Virus record (IMG/VR): IMGVR_UViG_3300035183_001064 | Coordinates: 1-53,321 of that record | Origin: a virus | Lineage: Duplodnaviria > Caudoviricetes | Strand: one strand, 5' to 3' | Length of the DNA stretch: 53,321 bases | Shown: piece after piece, positions 37,432 through 47,469 of the stretch | How the letters are laid out: each line of letters starts with the position of its first letter | Position numbering within the stretch: the stretch's first letter is position 1 | Translations under genes and position numbers: made by a program | The notes under the pieces: generated by a model | What the model saw: only the letters and a program-made list of their open reading frames with translations | Told to the model about the DNA's origin: nothing | The model's database searches: none

Positions 37432-38358
37432 TTACAGACTGGTGACATGAATAACCCGGGCTAATGCCGCCGTGTCCCACACTAGACCGGCGTCCACTTC
37501 GCCGACCCACCCCACCTCTCGGTGGCGACCAAGATCCGTGGGAATACCAGCCCGCAATTCGGGCGTGAGCACTTCGGCAAGAGCCACGGCATCCGCACCG
37601 AAGAAAACACACTCGCCACAAATGCCGTTCGTGCCAATGGTGTTGTCCAGTGCGTCGAAATGGTTGGTTTCATACAAAAGAAAACCCTCCACATCGGACA
37701 TGGAACCAGTCACAAATGGCTTTGCGGTCGTTGGCGCTTGCCAGGATTTGTATTCGGGGTCATTTTTAATGCCCCGAGCAGGGTTCGTCGTGAGGATGCC
37801 CACATACTTGCCCCCACGAAACTTCGGCACTTTGAGCGTGCCGTGCATATAATCATGGATTTCCCGCAGGTGGGCAATGGTCAGATTTGCAGCCGCTACA
37901 CTGTCAGGCGTACCATCAGTCACAAACTCCCCGGTGGTCGGCGTCAGCGGCGTATACTTTACGGGCGTCAATTTCATGGCTTCAGCAACCATGATGTCCA
38001 TGGTCAAAGACAACTGATCCCGAAGGACTTGCTGAAAAACGTTCGTAATATCGAAGTGTGTCAAATTGATTTCAAACTCGGTCATGGGAATCTTAAAGCC
38101 CCATTCCGCAGTTGGCACACTCACAGTTTGGATAATTGGACGACCGGCAGGCAACTGGTCCAGCTCGCTTACGCGGTTGGCCGGAGGGAGTTTCAGCACG
38201 CGCGTGATGGACACACTCTCACCTTTGCGGCGGCCATACCCCTCCTCGGCGCGGGCAAATGGCAGAAAAATGGTATCGGCAATAGCCTCACGCCGAATGT
38301 TGCTGGACAGTGCGTGATTTCGATAAGCCCCAGTCGCAGCATCATAAATCCACGTCAT
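37432..38358 (-). CDS. Major capsid protein (HK97 fold, N4-gp56-like)
   Basis: G..KGESV.I, E.G...P.TE, GS.SDVEGF...ETN, FFGADA, D.GR...VGW; follows the scaffold gene. Confidence 0.8.
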   Translation of the reverse strand: MTWIYDAATGAYRNHALSSNIRREAIADTIFLPFARAEEGYGRRKGESVSITRVLKLPPANRVSELDQLPAGRPIIQTVSVPTAEWGFKIPMTEFEINLTHFDITNVFQQVLRDQLSLTMDIMVAEAMKLTPVKYTPLTPTTGEFVTDGTPDSVAAANLTIAHLREIHDYMHGTLKVPKFRGGKYVGILTTNPARGIKNDPEYKSWQAPTTAKPFVTGSMSDVEGFLLYETNHFDALDNTIGTNGICGECVFFGADAVALAEVLTPELRAGIPTDLGRHREVGWVGEVDAGLVWDTAALARVIHVTSL

Positions 38359-38472
38359 ACAGCCACAAACTCCTTCTCTGTAAACTCATGACGCCAACAC
38401 GGTCATGCGCGGGAGGCAAGAATATGCACTGTCTACCCCTCCAGGTAGGGTCAGGCTATATATCCACACCAC

Positions 38473-38502
38473 ATAATATCACTCACTGTGTGTGAGTGTC
38501 AA
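38473..38502 (-). promoter_or_regulatory. Sigma70 promoter upstream of the capsid gene with an operator-like palindrome in the spacer
   Basis: TTGACA-CTCACACACAGTGAGTGA(18)-TATTAT with TGn extended -10; the spacer matches the 51030-51306 array motif. Confidence 0.75.
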
Positions 38503-38539
38503 GCATGCGTCAAGCCACAGCGCAAAAAATTACAGGGCC

Positions 38540-38701
38540 TTAGCGACGCCCGCTTTTTTTCTTGGTCGAAGCGTTGTGCTTGAAAAACTCCACCTGCTGG
38601 AGCCGCTTCGTGGCCTGCTCTTTTGTGGGGTAGGGGCCGCCAAGGCGTCTTCCCGTTGTTTCCGAGCGCACTTCCCATCCATTTTTGGTTTTGCGTATCA
38701 T
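38540..38701 (-). CDS. Small basic phage protein
   Basis: GGAGG RBS supplied by the 68-bp element; MIRK...W.V.S..G..LG.Y.TK..A..RL...EFFKH is a recurrent phage family pattern. Confidence 0.7.
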   Translation of the reverse strand: MIRKTKNGWEVRSETTGRRLGGPYPTKEQATKRLQQVEFFKHNASTKKKSGRR

Positions 38702-38704
38702 TTT

Positions 38705-38772
38705 GTGGCTCCTCCCACAGCTAAAGTCGTAGGCTTCTACCGCTTGCGCGGATGCTCTGGGGCTACAGAGCA
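38705..38772 (-). repeat. 68-bp triple-hairpin element, copy 2
   Basis: Gapless alignment to copy 1; first loop is reverse-complemented (TAGCCC vs GGGCTA). Confidence 0.85.
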
Positions 38773-38784
38773 AGAATGTGCATT

Positions 38785-39603
38785 TTAGAAAAACCCGCTA
38801 TTACGTTGTCGTTGTTTAATCTCAGCCGCCAGCGACGTTGGCGCTCCCCCGGCATCCCGGACAGGGGCCCGTACCGTCCGCGCCACGCGCCCAGACGCCA
38901 CACTATCCCGTCCCAGCGCCGGAGCCCGCACAGGCCGCGCAGCGGGACGCGGTTGTTGCGGTGCGCCATTGGCGCGTTGGCCTAAGCGACCAACCACCAT
39001 CCGCGCATCATCAGCCACCCGATTCAGCACCGTCCGCCAATTGGGACCCAAGCGCCCCCCATAATTCCCCCGAAAAATAGCGCCCAAAAGCTCCTCGTAA
39101 GGGGCAACATCAGGGTGCATTTCCTGGAACCACATCCACGCCCGTTGTGCAAATTGCTGTTGCTGCGCGTGCAAGGCTCCGCTTTGCGCTGCTCGAACCT
39201 GCATCTCCTGAATGGTGTTCTCACGTACTCGCCGTTCCCATTCAGCCAGGCGGCGTTCAAGCACCTCACCAAACCGCTCATCCGCCGGATCAATATCCGC
39301 CAGGCTGACGCTGGCCACCGGCTCTTGCGACCCACCACCGTCCGGCCTTCGCGTCCACAACGCTTCAAGAGCGCGCGCCTGTTCCTCCAACTCTCGCTCC
39401 AACGCATGGATGCGATTTTGCTGCCGCGAAATGTGCTGGTCCTTTTGGCGCAGCCGTTCAAGCTCCCGCTCTTCTTCCTGGGGATCCGCAACCGGATCTT
39501 CCGGCTCTGTCGGAGCAAGGATATACTCATCCGGGATTTGCTCTTGCGGCGGCTCCTCGGCCAGTTGTTCAAACTGCTGCTGTTGTTGTGTATCCTCATC
39601 CAT
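38785..39603 (-). CDS. Capsid scaffolding protein
   Basis: Acidic N-terminus, coiled coil, position between portal and capsid. Confidence 0.7.
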   Translation of the reverse strand: MDEDTQQQQQFEQLAEEPPQEQIPDEYILAPTEPEDPVADPQEEERELERLRQKDQHISRQQNRIHALERELEEQARALEALWTRRPDGGGSQEPVASVSLADIDPADERFGEVLERRLAEWERRVRENTIQEMQVRAAQSGALHAQQQQFAQRAWMWFQEMHPDVAPYEELLGAIFRGNYGGRLGPNWRTVLNRVADDARMVVGRLGQRANGAPQQPRPAARPVRAPALGRDSVASGRVARTVRAPVRDAGGAPTSLAAEIKQRQRNSGFF

Positions 39604-39624
39604 AGTAGCGCACCATCCTTTTCA

Positions 39625-39870
39625 TTATTCGGTTTTTTGCTGTACTCGTTTCACATCCGCACGCGCCCGGTAAAGCAGTTTTAAAAACGCGCCATACTCC
39701 GCAGCATTGAGCGCCACGGCTGTTGCGTCGGCGCGATCCTGCATAAGGGCGGCGTGTCGTGTCAGAAACTGCCGTGTAATATCACTCTGCAACACTTCCA
39801 AATATTGCAGGAGAAGAGCGCCCGACCGGCCTTTCAGCGTCTGCTGTATTGCCTGTTCCAGCGGATCCAT
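39625..39870 (-). CDS. Small hypothetical protein after the portal
   Basis: Typical podovirus synteny. Confidence 0.65.
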   Translation of the reverse strand: MDPLEQAIQQTLKGRSGALLLQYLEVLQSDITRQFLTRHAALMQDRADATAVALNAAEYGAFLKLLYRARADVKRVQQKTE

Positions 39871-39882
39871 CGTCCACCATCC

Positions 39883-41817
39883 CTAGGCTACGGGTTGCAC
39901 CGCTTGCGGCGGTGTTTGCTGTTGCTCTCCCGGAGGCATTTTCCCCTGGGCGAGCGCGGCCTGTTCCTGTGCGTTGTCCGATCCCATAAACACGTCTGGC
40001 GGAAGACTGTCGGCATCACGCGCAATGTTCTCTATCCGCACGCCAAATCCGCGCATCACCTCATCGAACAGCTTGAGGGGGTCCACGCGCATAATCATCG
40101 CGCGTGTCAATTCACGCGAACCGGTCACAACGGACAGCGCCGTCAGTAGCTGCTGCAACTCCACCTGCTTTTGCAGCACGCCCGAAAGGCCACGAACAGT
40201 GAATCTGTAGGGGCCTGCCAAAAGCCGAAGCCGCATTTCATAGGGAAGGTTCAAAATCTCCTCATATTCCGGCATCAACTGCTCGTATAAATCTCGTGGC
40301 AGCTCTTCTGGACTCATATGTTGCAGAGCCACCCACCATATGCGGGACAGGATAGGCTCCAGATAGCCCTGCTCAATCGATTCGGCAATGGCCGTGATAA
40401 AAGCGCCCGCACTGCCAGCCGCCGTGGTAATTTCCGTGGCGGTGCGTTCTCCCCGCCGGGGCAAATTGCCCAGCATCAAGTCATTGAGCACTCCGCCTTC
40501 CTGAATCCCGTTCTTCAGCAACCCTAAAATCTGCACGGCCCCACTATCAAGACTGCCCAGATCAATTTCCTCAATAAACTCACCTTTTGTACGGCCCGTT
40601 TCGAGCTTATAATACTTGTTCCCGTGCAATCCCTCCTTCAAATCGTCAGGATCCTGCAATACCGAAGGATCCCCCGCGAACGCCTTCATGCCCGACAACT
40701 GCGTACTGTCCATGACCTGATTAACATAATCGGTATACGCCACAACCAGGCGCTCCCACGCCTCAACATAGGAGCGGCCATACGGCGCGCCTCGAACGCG
40801 CAATACCGGAGTACACACCAGCCAGTCTTGCCCGTGCAAGAAGGGGTTTGGTTCCGGACCGCGCACGATCGTTTCCTCATTCGCCAGGACAATGTACACA
40901 TCCCGCAAATCCTCCCCCTTGTACTGCGCCACCCGCCCATCACTCGTCAGCACCGTACAGATATACTCATCGAGGACAATCGGTTTGCGGTATGTCGTCT
41001 GCTCCGTCCCAGTTTGCGTATTGCTGGATTCCTGGCGGTCTCGTGCACGCTCCGTATCCACAAACGCTTCTAGTTTATCAATGGCCTCGCGGTCCCATAA
41101 CGGGTTGCCCTCGATGTCCACCTCCTTTTCCGCCCGATCCTGCAATTCATGCAGGTCCACCTCTATGCGCCGCCTCCGGTACAATCCCCTTCCCGTGTGG
41201 TCTATCCACACCGTGCGGGGATCCACGGCCTCCACGCTAATAATTCCCTCCGGGCGCACCTCCTTTTTCATCCGCGCACTGGGCAAAGCAACTATTTCCC
41301 CCGTGTCCGGGTCTTCCACCTCGTCAATGGCGTCCTCCACGACAACAACGGGGCGCTCAAGCACCTTCCATGTGACCGTAGACGCCATCATCATGAGGGC
41401 GCCGTCTTTGAGCGATTCTTCAAACGGAACCAGAAACGACAGAGTGCCGGATGAGATCGTTTCGCCCGCCCGAGACAGCCAGTAGTCCACTACGGTGCGC
41501 ACCAGGTCCAAAAAGCGGGAAAACTTCTTGCTTGGATCTTCTACCGTATACCACCGACCCGCCTGGACCAGGGACTTTTTAATGGACCCCACAAATCGCT
41601 CTACCATGGTGGGGCCTTCCGGCATGACTAACTGGTATTGCCACGGCGCTTTTTTTGAGAAATCGTGTCGCTGCCAATACACATTCCAATTGCGCCGCCA
41701 CTGGTCATCTCTGTCCCGCCGGTTAGTTTCCGCCTCATGGTTGTAGGCCAGAAGGCATCGCACAATCGCCTGCTCATCTACCTCCCGAACCGGCTCATCA
41801 ACGTCGTGCTCCACCAT
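39883..41817 (-). CDS. Portal protein
   Basis: 644 aa after TerL; PYGRS, TATEI, IE...LEP. Confidence 0.85.
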   Translation of the reverse strand: MVEHDVDEPVREVDEQAIVRCLLAYNHEAETNRRDRDDQWRRNWNVYWQRHDFSKKAPWQYQLVMPEGPTMVERFVGSIKKSLVQAGRWYTVEDPSKKFSRFLDLVRTVVDYWLSRAGETISSGTLSFLVPFEESLKDGALMMMASTVTWKVLERPVVVVEDAIDEVEDPDTGEIVALPSARMKKEVRPEGIISVEAVDPRTVWIDHTGRGLYRRRRIEVDLHELQDRAEKEVDIEGNPLWDREAIDKLEAFVDTERARDRQESSNTQTGTEQTTYRKPIVLDEYICTVLTSDGRVAQYKGEDLRDVYIVLANEETIVRGPEPNPFLHGQDWLVCTPVLRVRGAPYGRSYVEAWERLVVAYTDYVNQVMDSTQLSGMKAFAGDPSVLQDPDDLKEGLHGNKYYKLETGRTKGEFIEEIDLGSLDSGAVQILGLLKNGIQEGGVLNDLMLGNLPRRGERTATEITTAAGSAGAFITAIAESIEQGYLEPILSRIWWVALQHMSPEELPRDLYEQLMPEYEEILNLPYEMRLRLLAGPYRFTVRGLSGVLQKQVELQQLLTALSVVTGSRELTRAMIMRVDPLKLFDEVMRGFGVRIENIARDADSLPPDVFMGSDNAQEQAALAQGKMPPGEQQQTPPQAVQPVA

Positions 41818-41822
41818 ACGTG

Positions 41823-42050
41823 CTAGCCCTCTTCAGACAGCTTGTCCGATGCTTGCTGCAAAACTTGCAGATCGTCTATAAACAACTGCAACACCAGCAG
41901 AAGCGCCTTGGGCTGCGTTAAGCCCTCTATCACCGCATCATCCAGGCGCATAGCGGATGCGTACAACCACTCCAGCAGAAACTTTTGCGCCTTTGTGAGC
42001 GTCACATCTTTATCTGCTCGTTTTTTCACGACATGTTTCGTTGTGCTCAC
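41823..42050 (-). CDS. Hypothetical protein
   Basis: GTGA overlap with TerL. Confidence 0.55.
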   Translation of the reverse strand: MSTTKHVVKKRADKDVTLTKAQKFLLEWLYASAMRLDDAVIEGLTQPKALLLVLQLFIDDLQVLQQASDKLSEEG

Positions 42051-43486
42051 AACTGTAACAACCTCGCGTCCTTGGGGATTCGCATCCCCGGATATGTTTG
42101 CGGGCCACCACCCGGACCGCCAGACACATAAACACCTGACACCACTCCGGCGCTGGGAATTACCAGATTTTTTCCACTATACCCCATTTTACTGACGCGG
42201 TCCAGCGGATACAATCGGGCAACAAGATACGCCAGTGCATCTGCTGGATGGCTATGCATGTCTTTCACAATGCCCCCCACGGTATTGCCAATGACGCGCC
42301 TATGCCACCCACCCCGCAAAGCGTGCCAAATGGCGCGCGCCTGATGCTTATCCACTTTCAACAAGTCATGCCTGCGCAACACCGCCCGAAGGGATTCGAT
42401 GCGGGTATACTCATCCCGTGGCCCCGCCTGATAGGAACCGCCTAACTGTTGCACCACGGACAAAGCCGCTGATCGCTTGCGGCTGGATTGATCGGGGATG
42501 CTTCCCGTGGGATCACCCACCCAAATGAGCCGGTGCCTTCGCGCATCAAACTGGTCGATCAGCACCGACCGCAGCGTTTCATCCACAAACTCTTCAATGC
42601 CCAGGCCTTCACCCACACCGCACCACAACACATGGAGCTTGCCCAGCGGCGTTTTCTGGCAAATGACCGCCGCCGGATTATGCCAAAAGTCCAGCCCAAT
42701 ATGGTACGGAACCCCCGGCATGGGCCGCAAATGGTCCACCAAATGCACCGCATCATTCCATTCCGGCGTCACTGCCTTGCCAATTTGCGTGAACCCAAAC
42801 TGCCCCTGCACCAACCGCCGCAGCAAATCGGGGCGATGCCGATATCGGCGCTCCAACGCCTCATAATAGCCAACGGGCAGATTTTTCTCGTTCTCCCGGC
42901 CATCAGTTTTGTAATAGCCCCAACCCGGTTCGCCCGGATCAACAAACCGCGTATACAAATAATGTGATTCGTCCGGCGGGTTCGCCGCCAGCTTTACCTG
43001 GTGCCATTTCATACCGGGCGCACTAATACGGCCCATGGCAAAGTCAAACACCTCTTCGGAAATACCGCCCTGATCAATTCCGGGTGCCGCCTCGTCAATA
43101 AGGATAAGCCCCGCCTCCAAAGATTGCAGTTTGCCCACATCTTTGCTGTCGTCCATGCCAAGGAACGTTATGGTGCCTTCAAGCCCCTCCATGCCCCAAA
43201 CAAACTCCCGGGCCTCAGCCCGCCACGTCCCGCAAATGCCCGGTGGAAATATACGGAAAAACGTTTTTAGCGTTGTCCGTTGCAGGTTCGTCCACGTATC
43301 GCGAATAACAATAATGGGAGCGCCGGGATTCATCCTCGTATACACATAGGCGCTCCAACACAAACCCACAGTTTTGCCCGCCCGCATCGCCCCACAAAAG
43401 AGCACGGCCTCACGCCGGTCCAACACAAACGCCTTTTGCGTCGGCGTCGGCTCAAAAACAATACGATGGACCCGAGGACTATCCAT
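42047..43486 (-). CDS. terL: Terminase large subunit
   Basis: PTPTQ, GAMRAGKT, ILIDEA, ANP, GLDF, GDPTG, H.ADAL.Y. Confidence 0.92.
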   Translation of the reverse strand: MDSPRVHRIVFEPTPTQKAFVLDRREAVLFCGAMRAGKTVGLCWSAYVYTRMNPGAPIIVIRDTWTNLQRTTLKTFFRIFPPGICGTWRAEAREFVWGMEGLEGTITFLGMDDSKDVGKLQSLEAGLILIDEAAPGIDQGGISEEVFDFAMGRISAPGMKWHQVKLAANPPDESHYLYTRFVDPGEPGWGYYKTDGRENEKNLPVGYYEALERRYRHRPDLLRRLVQGQFGFTQIGKAVTPEWNDAVHLVDHLRPMPGVPYHIGLDFWHNPAAVICQKTPLGKLHVLWCGVGEGLGIEEFVDETLRSVLIDQFDARRHRLIWVGDPTGSIPDQSSRKRSAALSVVQQLGGSYQAGPRDEYTRIESLRAVLRRHDLLKVDKHQARAIWHALRGGWHRRVIGNTVGGIVKDMHSHPADALAYLVARLYPLDRVSKMGYSGKNLVIPSAGVVSGVYVSGGPGGGPQTYPGMRIPKDARLLQL

Positions 43487-43776
43487 GCAAAGATCGCGGG
43501 CTGGGGACCGCCGGCTTTAGCTGACGGAGGAAAGCCCGCTGCCTCCCGTTGCATCTATGTGTTGGCAAAATCGCACCGCCAATGCCGTTTGCGCCTGTGG
43601 GTGGAACCACAACGAAAAGAACGGGGTGCGCCTGCATCATGCCCCTTACCATTCGTGCGAAGCTGCGGCTCCCACCCTGGTCAGCGACTTGCATATTCAA
43701 GCCCGCGCCAAAGCGGAACGGAGAACCGCCAATAAGCGCCGTCTGCATAGCTGGTCCTTCGCACAACTGGCTGCCT

Positions 43777-44175
43777 TTACAGCACTTCAAACCCAACGTA
43801 CCGCTCATCCGCCATCGGGCTGGCGTGGGTTAAGGGCAATGAGCACAACGCAACAATCGTAGCGTCAGGCCCCCGAACCTCCAAAGCCCGGGCCACATGC
43901 GGCAACAAACTATCCTCAACCGAACGATACACTGGACTGTCTGCCTGTATAAACGTAGACCACAGCACGGGATACGAAAAGGACACGCCTCGCGTGAAGG
44001 GCACCGAATTGCCCGGAGGTTCCAATTTCAGTGCTGCCGCGCGCCACAGAGACCCCAGGACGGTGTTTGTATACAACCCCCGCGCCTTCTGGTATTGCCA
44101 ATATTGCCCGTCCAAAGCCACCTGCTGTTCAGTGTAGCCTTTTTGGGCATCCTTGAAATCCGCAGTCGTGTACAT
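43777..44175 (-). CDS. Hypothetical protein
   Basis: AAGGA RBS before MYTTADF. Confidence 0.5.
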   Translation of the reverse strand: MYTTADFKDAQKGYTEQQVALDGQYWQYQKARGLYTNTVLGSLWRAAALKLEPPGNSVPFTRGVSFSYPVLWSTFIQADSPVYRSVEDSLLPHVARALEVRGPDATIVALCSLPLTHASPMADERYVGFEVL

Positions 44176-44228
44176 AGCCTTTTCCTTCCCACAATTTGAA
44201 AGCGCCCCAACCAAGGCGGACGCCAATG

Positions 44229-44792
44229 CTACGCATCTTCGGCGTCATCCGGCGGCACTTCAACAAGCACCTCAAGCGAACCTTGGGCAAGCGCCTGCTC
44301 CGTCTGCTCCAGCGCAGCGGCCAGCGGGCTAATAATTTGCACCGCCACCGGAGGTTTTTCCCCTCGCTCAGGATAGTGACCTTTAATTTCCGCCACTGCC
44401 TTCACCGCACCCAACTGCGTTGTGTTATCTGTAAACACATCCCACCCCTTCGTTTCCGGATTCCACCGCACTGTGGAGGCGTCCATCAAAGCCTTAAACT
44501 TTGCGGCAATAAACTGGTCGGTTAATCCGGCGGCCTGAAGAATGTCCAAAAACTTTTGTCGCAAGGCCCCTCGCGACAACTTGTTCCGCAGACTGGTGGG
44601 CGACATATTCGCCGTTGCCGCCGCCTGCGCCACGGAAGCACCCTGGGCAAGAGCACCCAAAGCACGACGGTCTTGCAGCGTCACGCCCCGTTTCACAATG
44701 GGCGGTTTTTGTGGCGGCAACTTTGGCAGCAGGCTTTTCGAGCCTTTTGGCCGTCCGATTTTGCGGGCTGTTTCAGGCTGTTTTGGCGGCAT
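44229..44792 (-). CDS. terS: Terminase small subunit (HTH)
   Basis: GRPKGS, HTH-like GASVAQAAATA, D...QLGAVK..AEIKG; upstream of TerL. Confidence 0.6.
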   Translation of the reverse strand: MPPKQPETARKIGRPKGSKSLLPKLPPQKPPIVKRGVTLQDRRALGALAQGASVAQAAATANMSPTSLRNKLSRGALRQKFLDILQAAGLTDQFIAAKFKALMDASTVRWNPETKGWDVFTDNTTQLGAVKAVAEIKGHYPERGEKPPVAVQIISPLAAALEQTEQALAQGSLEVLVEVPPDDAEDA

Positions 44793-44811
44793 GGTTATTG
44801 TTGTGTCCTCC

Positions 44812-44879
44812 GTGGCTATTCCCACAACTACAATCGCAGGCTTTTACCGCTTATACGGACGCTCTGTAGCCCCAGAGCG
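44812..44879 (-). repeat. 68-bp triple-hairpin element, copy 3
   Basis: Gapless alignment to copies 1 and 2; compensatory C-G at the base of hairpin 1. Confidence 0.85.
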
Positions 44880-45080
44880 AGAATGCAAAGCCGCCCAATC
44901 CAAAGCCGCTTTGCCCACAGGCTCCCGCTCCACCCAGGTAGAATCGCCGCAAAGATCCTGACGAATCCAATTGTTGACGGCAAACCGCAATACCACATTT
45001 GCCGTTGTCGCCAGAGCCTTCGCCATATGCTGGACCCAAGCCTGCTCTTCATCAGACAAAGTTACTGTTACACGCCGCAT
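44844..45080 (-). CDS. Ribbon-helix-helix DNA-binding protein
   Basis: MRRVTVTLSDEEQAWVQHMAK...TANVVLRFAV; start lies just after a promoter (leaderless-like). Confidence 0.65.
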   Translation of the reverse strand: MRRVTVTLSDEEQAWVQHMAKALATTANVVLRFAVNNWIRQDLCGDSTWVEREPVGKAALDWAALHSRSGATERPYKR

Positions 45081-45087
45081 TGCCCCA

Positions 45088-45138
45088 AGCATAGCACACA
45101 GACCCCTGCTTGACAAGCACAGTATGCCCATCTACAAT
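45088..45138. promoter_or_regulatory. Overlapping divergent sigma70 promoters
   Basis: + strand TTGACA(45110)-17-TACAAT; - strand TTGTCA(45116)-17-TATGCT. Confidence 0.65.
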
Positions 45139-45215
45139 AGGGCCGTTATTTGTCCTCCTTCCCCAAAGCCTGCGGGGGCGCCTCCTCTCCCGCAGGCTCC
45201 CGTCCACTGCCCACA

Positions 45216-45340
45216 CTACCCCCGCCACCCACACCAACCACACCAACCACACCATCCACACCAACCACACCAACCACACCAACCACACCACCCACAACAC
45301 CCACACCATCCACACCACTCACGCCACCCACGCCACCGTG
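45216..45340. repeat. 9-bp tandem repeat (CACACCAAC)n
   Basis: Direct reading; the - strand is G-rich (GGTTGGTGT)n. Confidence 0.9.
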
Positions 45341-45396
45341 CAAGGCAGTAAACTTTGCAAAGACCGCTGTGGCTTCCCCACGCTGAATGAGGCTTT

Positions 45397-45642
45397 CTAT
45401 ATAATGCCAATATGGCCGCCGGACGTTTGGGACGTTTCTTGGGCATCCTGCGGTTTCGGTGCGAATGCCTCTTCCGGCAACGCCCTAATCAGAGAGTCTC
45501 TGGAATGCGCCAAAAACTTTTCTAGCGGAATGGGCGGAGCCGCATGGTGCCCCCACGCATCAATGGTGGGATTCCACACATACCCGCACGCTTCCAGTAT
45601 GTCCTGCTTTGACTCATACCGCCGTAATTTTGTTCTATTCAT
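45397..45642 (-). CDS. Hypothetical protein
   Basis: AGGAG RBS; overlaps the end of the helicase gene. Confidence 0.55.
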   Translation of the reverse strand: MNRTKLRRYESKQDILEACGYVWNPTIDAWGHHAAPPIPLEKFLAHSRDSLIRALPEEAFAPKPQDAQETSQTSGGHIGII

Positions 45643-46666
45643 TTTGCACTCCTGGTCCGAGGGTGTAAAAATCCCCCTGTTTGATTAACACACCGGCCTT
45701 TACGGCCTCGCCCAAACGATTGCGCGTCGTGGTGACATTCACCCACCCCGCCGCCTGGGCAATCTGGTCCCGTGTCAACGGCGCATTGTGGGCGTCACGA
45801 AACGCCTGCAAGATTTTCCCAAAAGCCTTCCGCACGGTTTTGGCTTTGTATAGCTCTATCACCTCCTTTGGCAATTCTTCGTACCAGCGCCATCCACCCG
45901 GACCGACAGAAAAGTACAGGGGTTGCGCCCGCACGCCCAAGTTCGTTTTGATAAGCTCCAAAGAGCTGTACACCGTTTGTTCCACCGCTATTTGCGATTT
46001 AATGGCAATGACGGACCGAGCCCTTGCCGTAAAGCCGACAGACCCGGCGCCTCTATACTGGTCCGGCGTTTCCACGCCCTTCGTCCAATGTCGCACCAGG
46101 ACAATAGCAGCGTGCGTGTCCTTCGCCACTTTCGCCAAACCGCTCAGAAGGGGACGCACTTCCTCCTGCCTGTAGGTGTCCATCCGATCCGGCCAAAAAT
46201 CCATGACCGGATCAATCACCACAAGTGTAGCGTCTACCTGCTGGATAAGGCTTTTCAGCGTGTGTGTTTTGTCTATACACCATTGCCACCCCTCATCGGG
46301 AAGGAGCACCGTGCGGTCCAAATCTGCGTGGACCAGCTCCAACCGGGCGCGAAGCCGCCTGGGAGGGTCTTCCGTCCCCAAATAAATCGTATTTTGTGGA
46401 GCCAAAGCGCGCTGCCCTGGCAGGGCCTGGCCGCTAGATAAAGCGCCCGCCACCGCCAGCATCAAAAATGATTTTCCACTCCCCGGATTGCCCTCCACAA
46501 TCGTCACCTCTTCCCTGGGTATGTACGGTGTCCACAACCACGGCTCCGGTTCGGGTAAAACATCGGCAGCTTTCACCAACGGCCCACTATCCTCAATCGT
46601 TCGGGAGGGACGCGACGGCAATGCAATAGACGCCCCGCCAACCCTGGAAAAATCTATTCGAGGCAT
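45635..46666 (-). CDS. RepA-type SF4 helicase (AAA_25) with C-terminal wHTH
   Basis: WLW.PYIP, GNPGSGKS, TED, VVIDP, LVRH, GS..F...AR, KTN. Confidence 0.88.
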   Translation of the reverse strand: MPRIDFSRVGGASIALPSRPSRTIEDSGPLVKAADVLPEPEPWLWTPYIPREEVTIVEGNPGSGKSFLMLAVAGALSSGQALPGQRALAPQNTIYLGTEDPPRRLRARLELVHADLDRTVLLPDEGWQWCIDKTHTLKSLIQQVDATLVVIDPVMDFWPDRMDTYRQEEVRPLLSGLAKVAKDTHAAIVLVRHWTKGVETPDQYRGAGSVGFTARARSVIAIKSQIAVEQTVYSSLELIKTNLGVRAQPLYFSVGPGGWRWYEELPKEVIELYKAKTVRKAFGKILQAFRDAHNAPLTRDQIAQAAGWVNVTTTRNRLGEAVKAGVLIKQGDFYTLGPGVQNE

Positions 46667-47055
46667 CGCACCGCTACGGTCGTAAACGTTTTGCGCGCCT
46701 GCTTGGCGTCCTGCACCAGGCCCTGCACCCGCTGCTGCTCACCACATTGCAGCCCACACTGCGACAGGGCCGCAAAGACCGCATCTTCCGCATTCAACAT
46801 CGCCACTGCCGCCATCACCGCATCCGTGCAATTCTGCGCGCGTCCCCTTTCCCCCCGCAAAGCGACCCAAAACCCGCACATCGCATACACCATCAAACCG
46901 ACCAAAATCGGCAAAAGCCACCGTGCATATCTACGCATAACACCTCCATAGAGCCGTTCAATATACCAAAACCCAATGAAAAGGCAAGCACCCGCCCAAA
47001 AACCCGACCAACCCGCCCGTTTGGGCGGTCGCCCACGAACCGCCCGGTCACACAC
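46654..47055 (-). CDS. Membrane-anchored hypothetical protein (start probably MRRYAR ~46938)
   Basis: GGAGG RBS; hydrophobic N-terminal helix. Confidence 0.5.
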   Translation of the reverse strand: MCDRAVRGRPPKRAGWSGFWAGACLFIGFWYIERLYGGVMRRYARWLLPILVGLMVYAMCGFWVALRGERGRAQNCTDAVMAAVAMLNAEDAVFAALSQCGLQCGEQQRVQGLVQDAKQARKTFTTVAVRCLE

Positions 47056-47469
47056 CCCTTAAGAAACTTGGGCGGGTGTGCGCCCGCCCGGCTGCCCAAC
47101 CCTTAAGATATTTGGGCGGTCGGTCGCCCGCCCAGCCCGCGTGGGCGAGCGGAGTCACTACCGTGACTCCTCCGCACGCTCTGCGGTCGCCCTCCCCCTC
47201 CGGTTACGCCTACGGGGGCGTGCGCCCGCTCCGCGCGCATCGCACCACAGGCAATAAAACACCGTTCTACCCACCAAAACCCCAGCCTCCCATCCATCTT
47301 CCCCCCTTGCACCGCCCCTTCCTTTCCGCTACAATGTGATATACACTGGGGATAGTGTATGTACGATGCGCCATGCAACCGCCCTTCCAGTCCCGGCCCC
47401 CTTCCACCACCGGCACGGCCCCGGTGCGCATACCGGAGCGGGATAGCGCCAACAGCATCGCGGTCGTTG

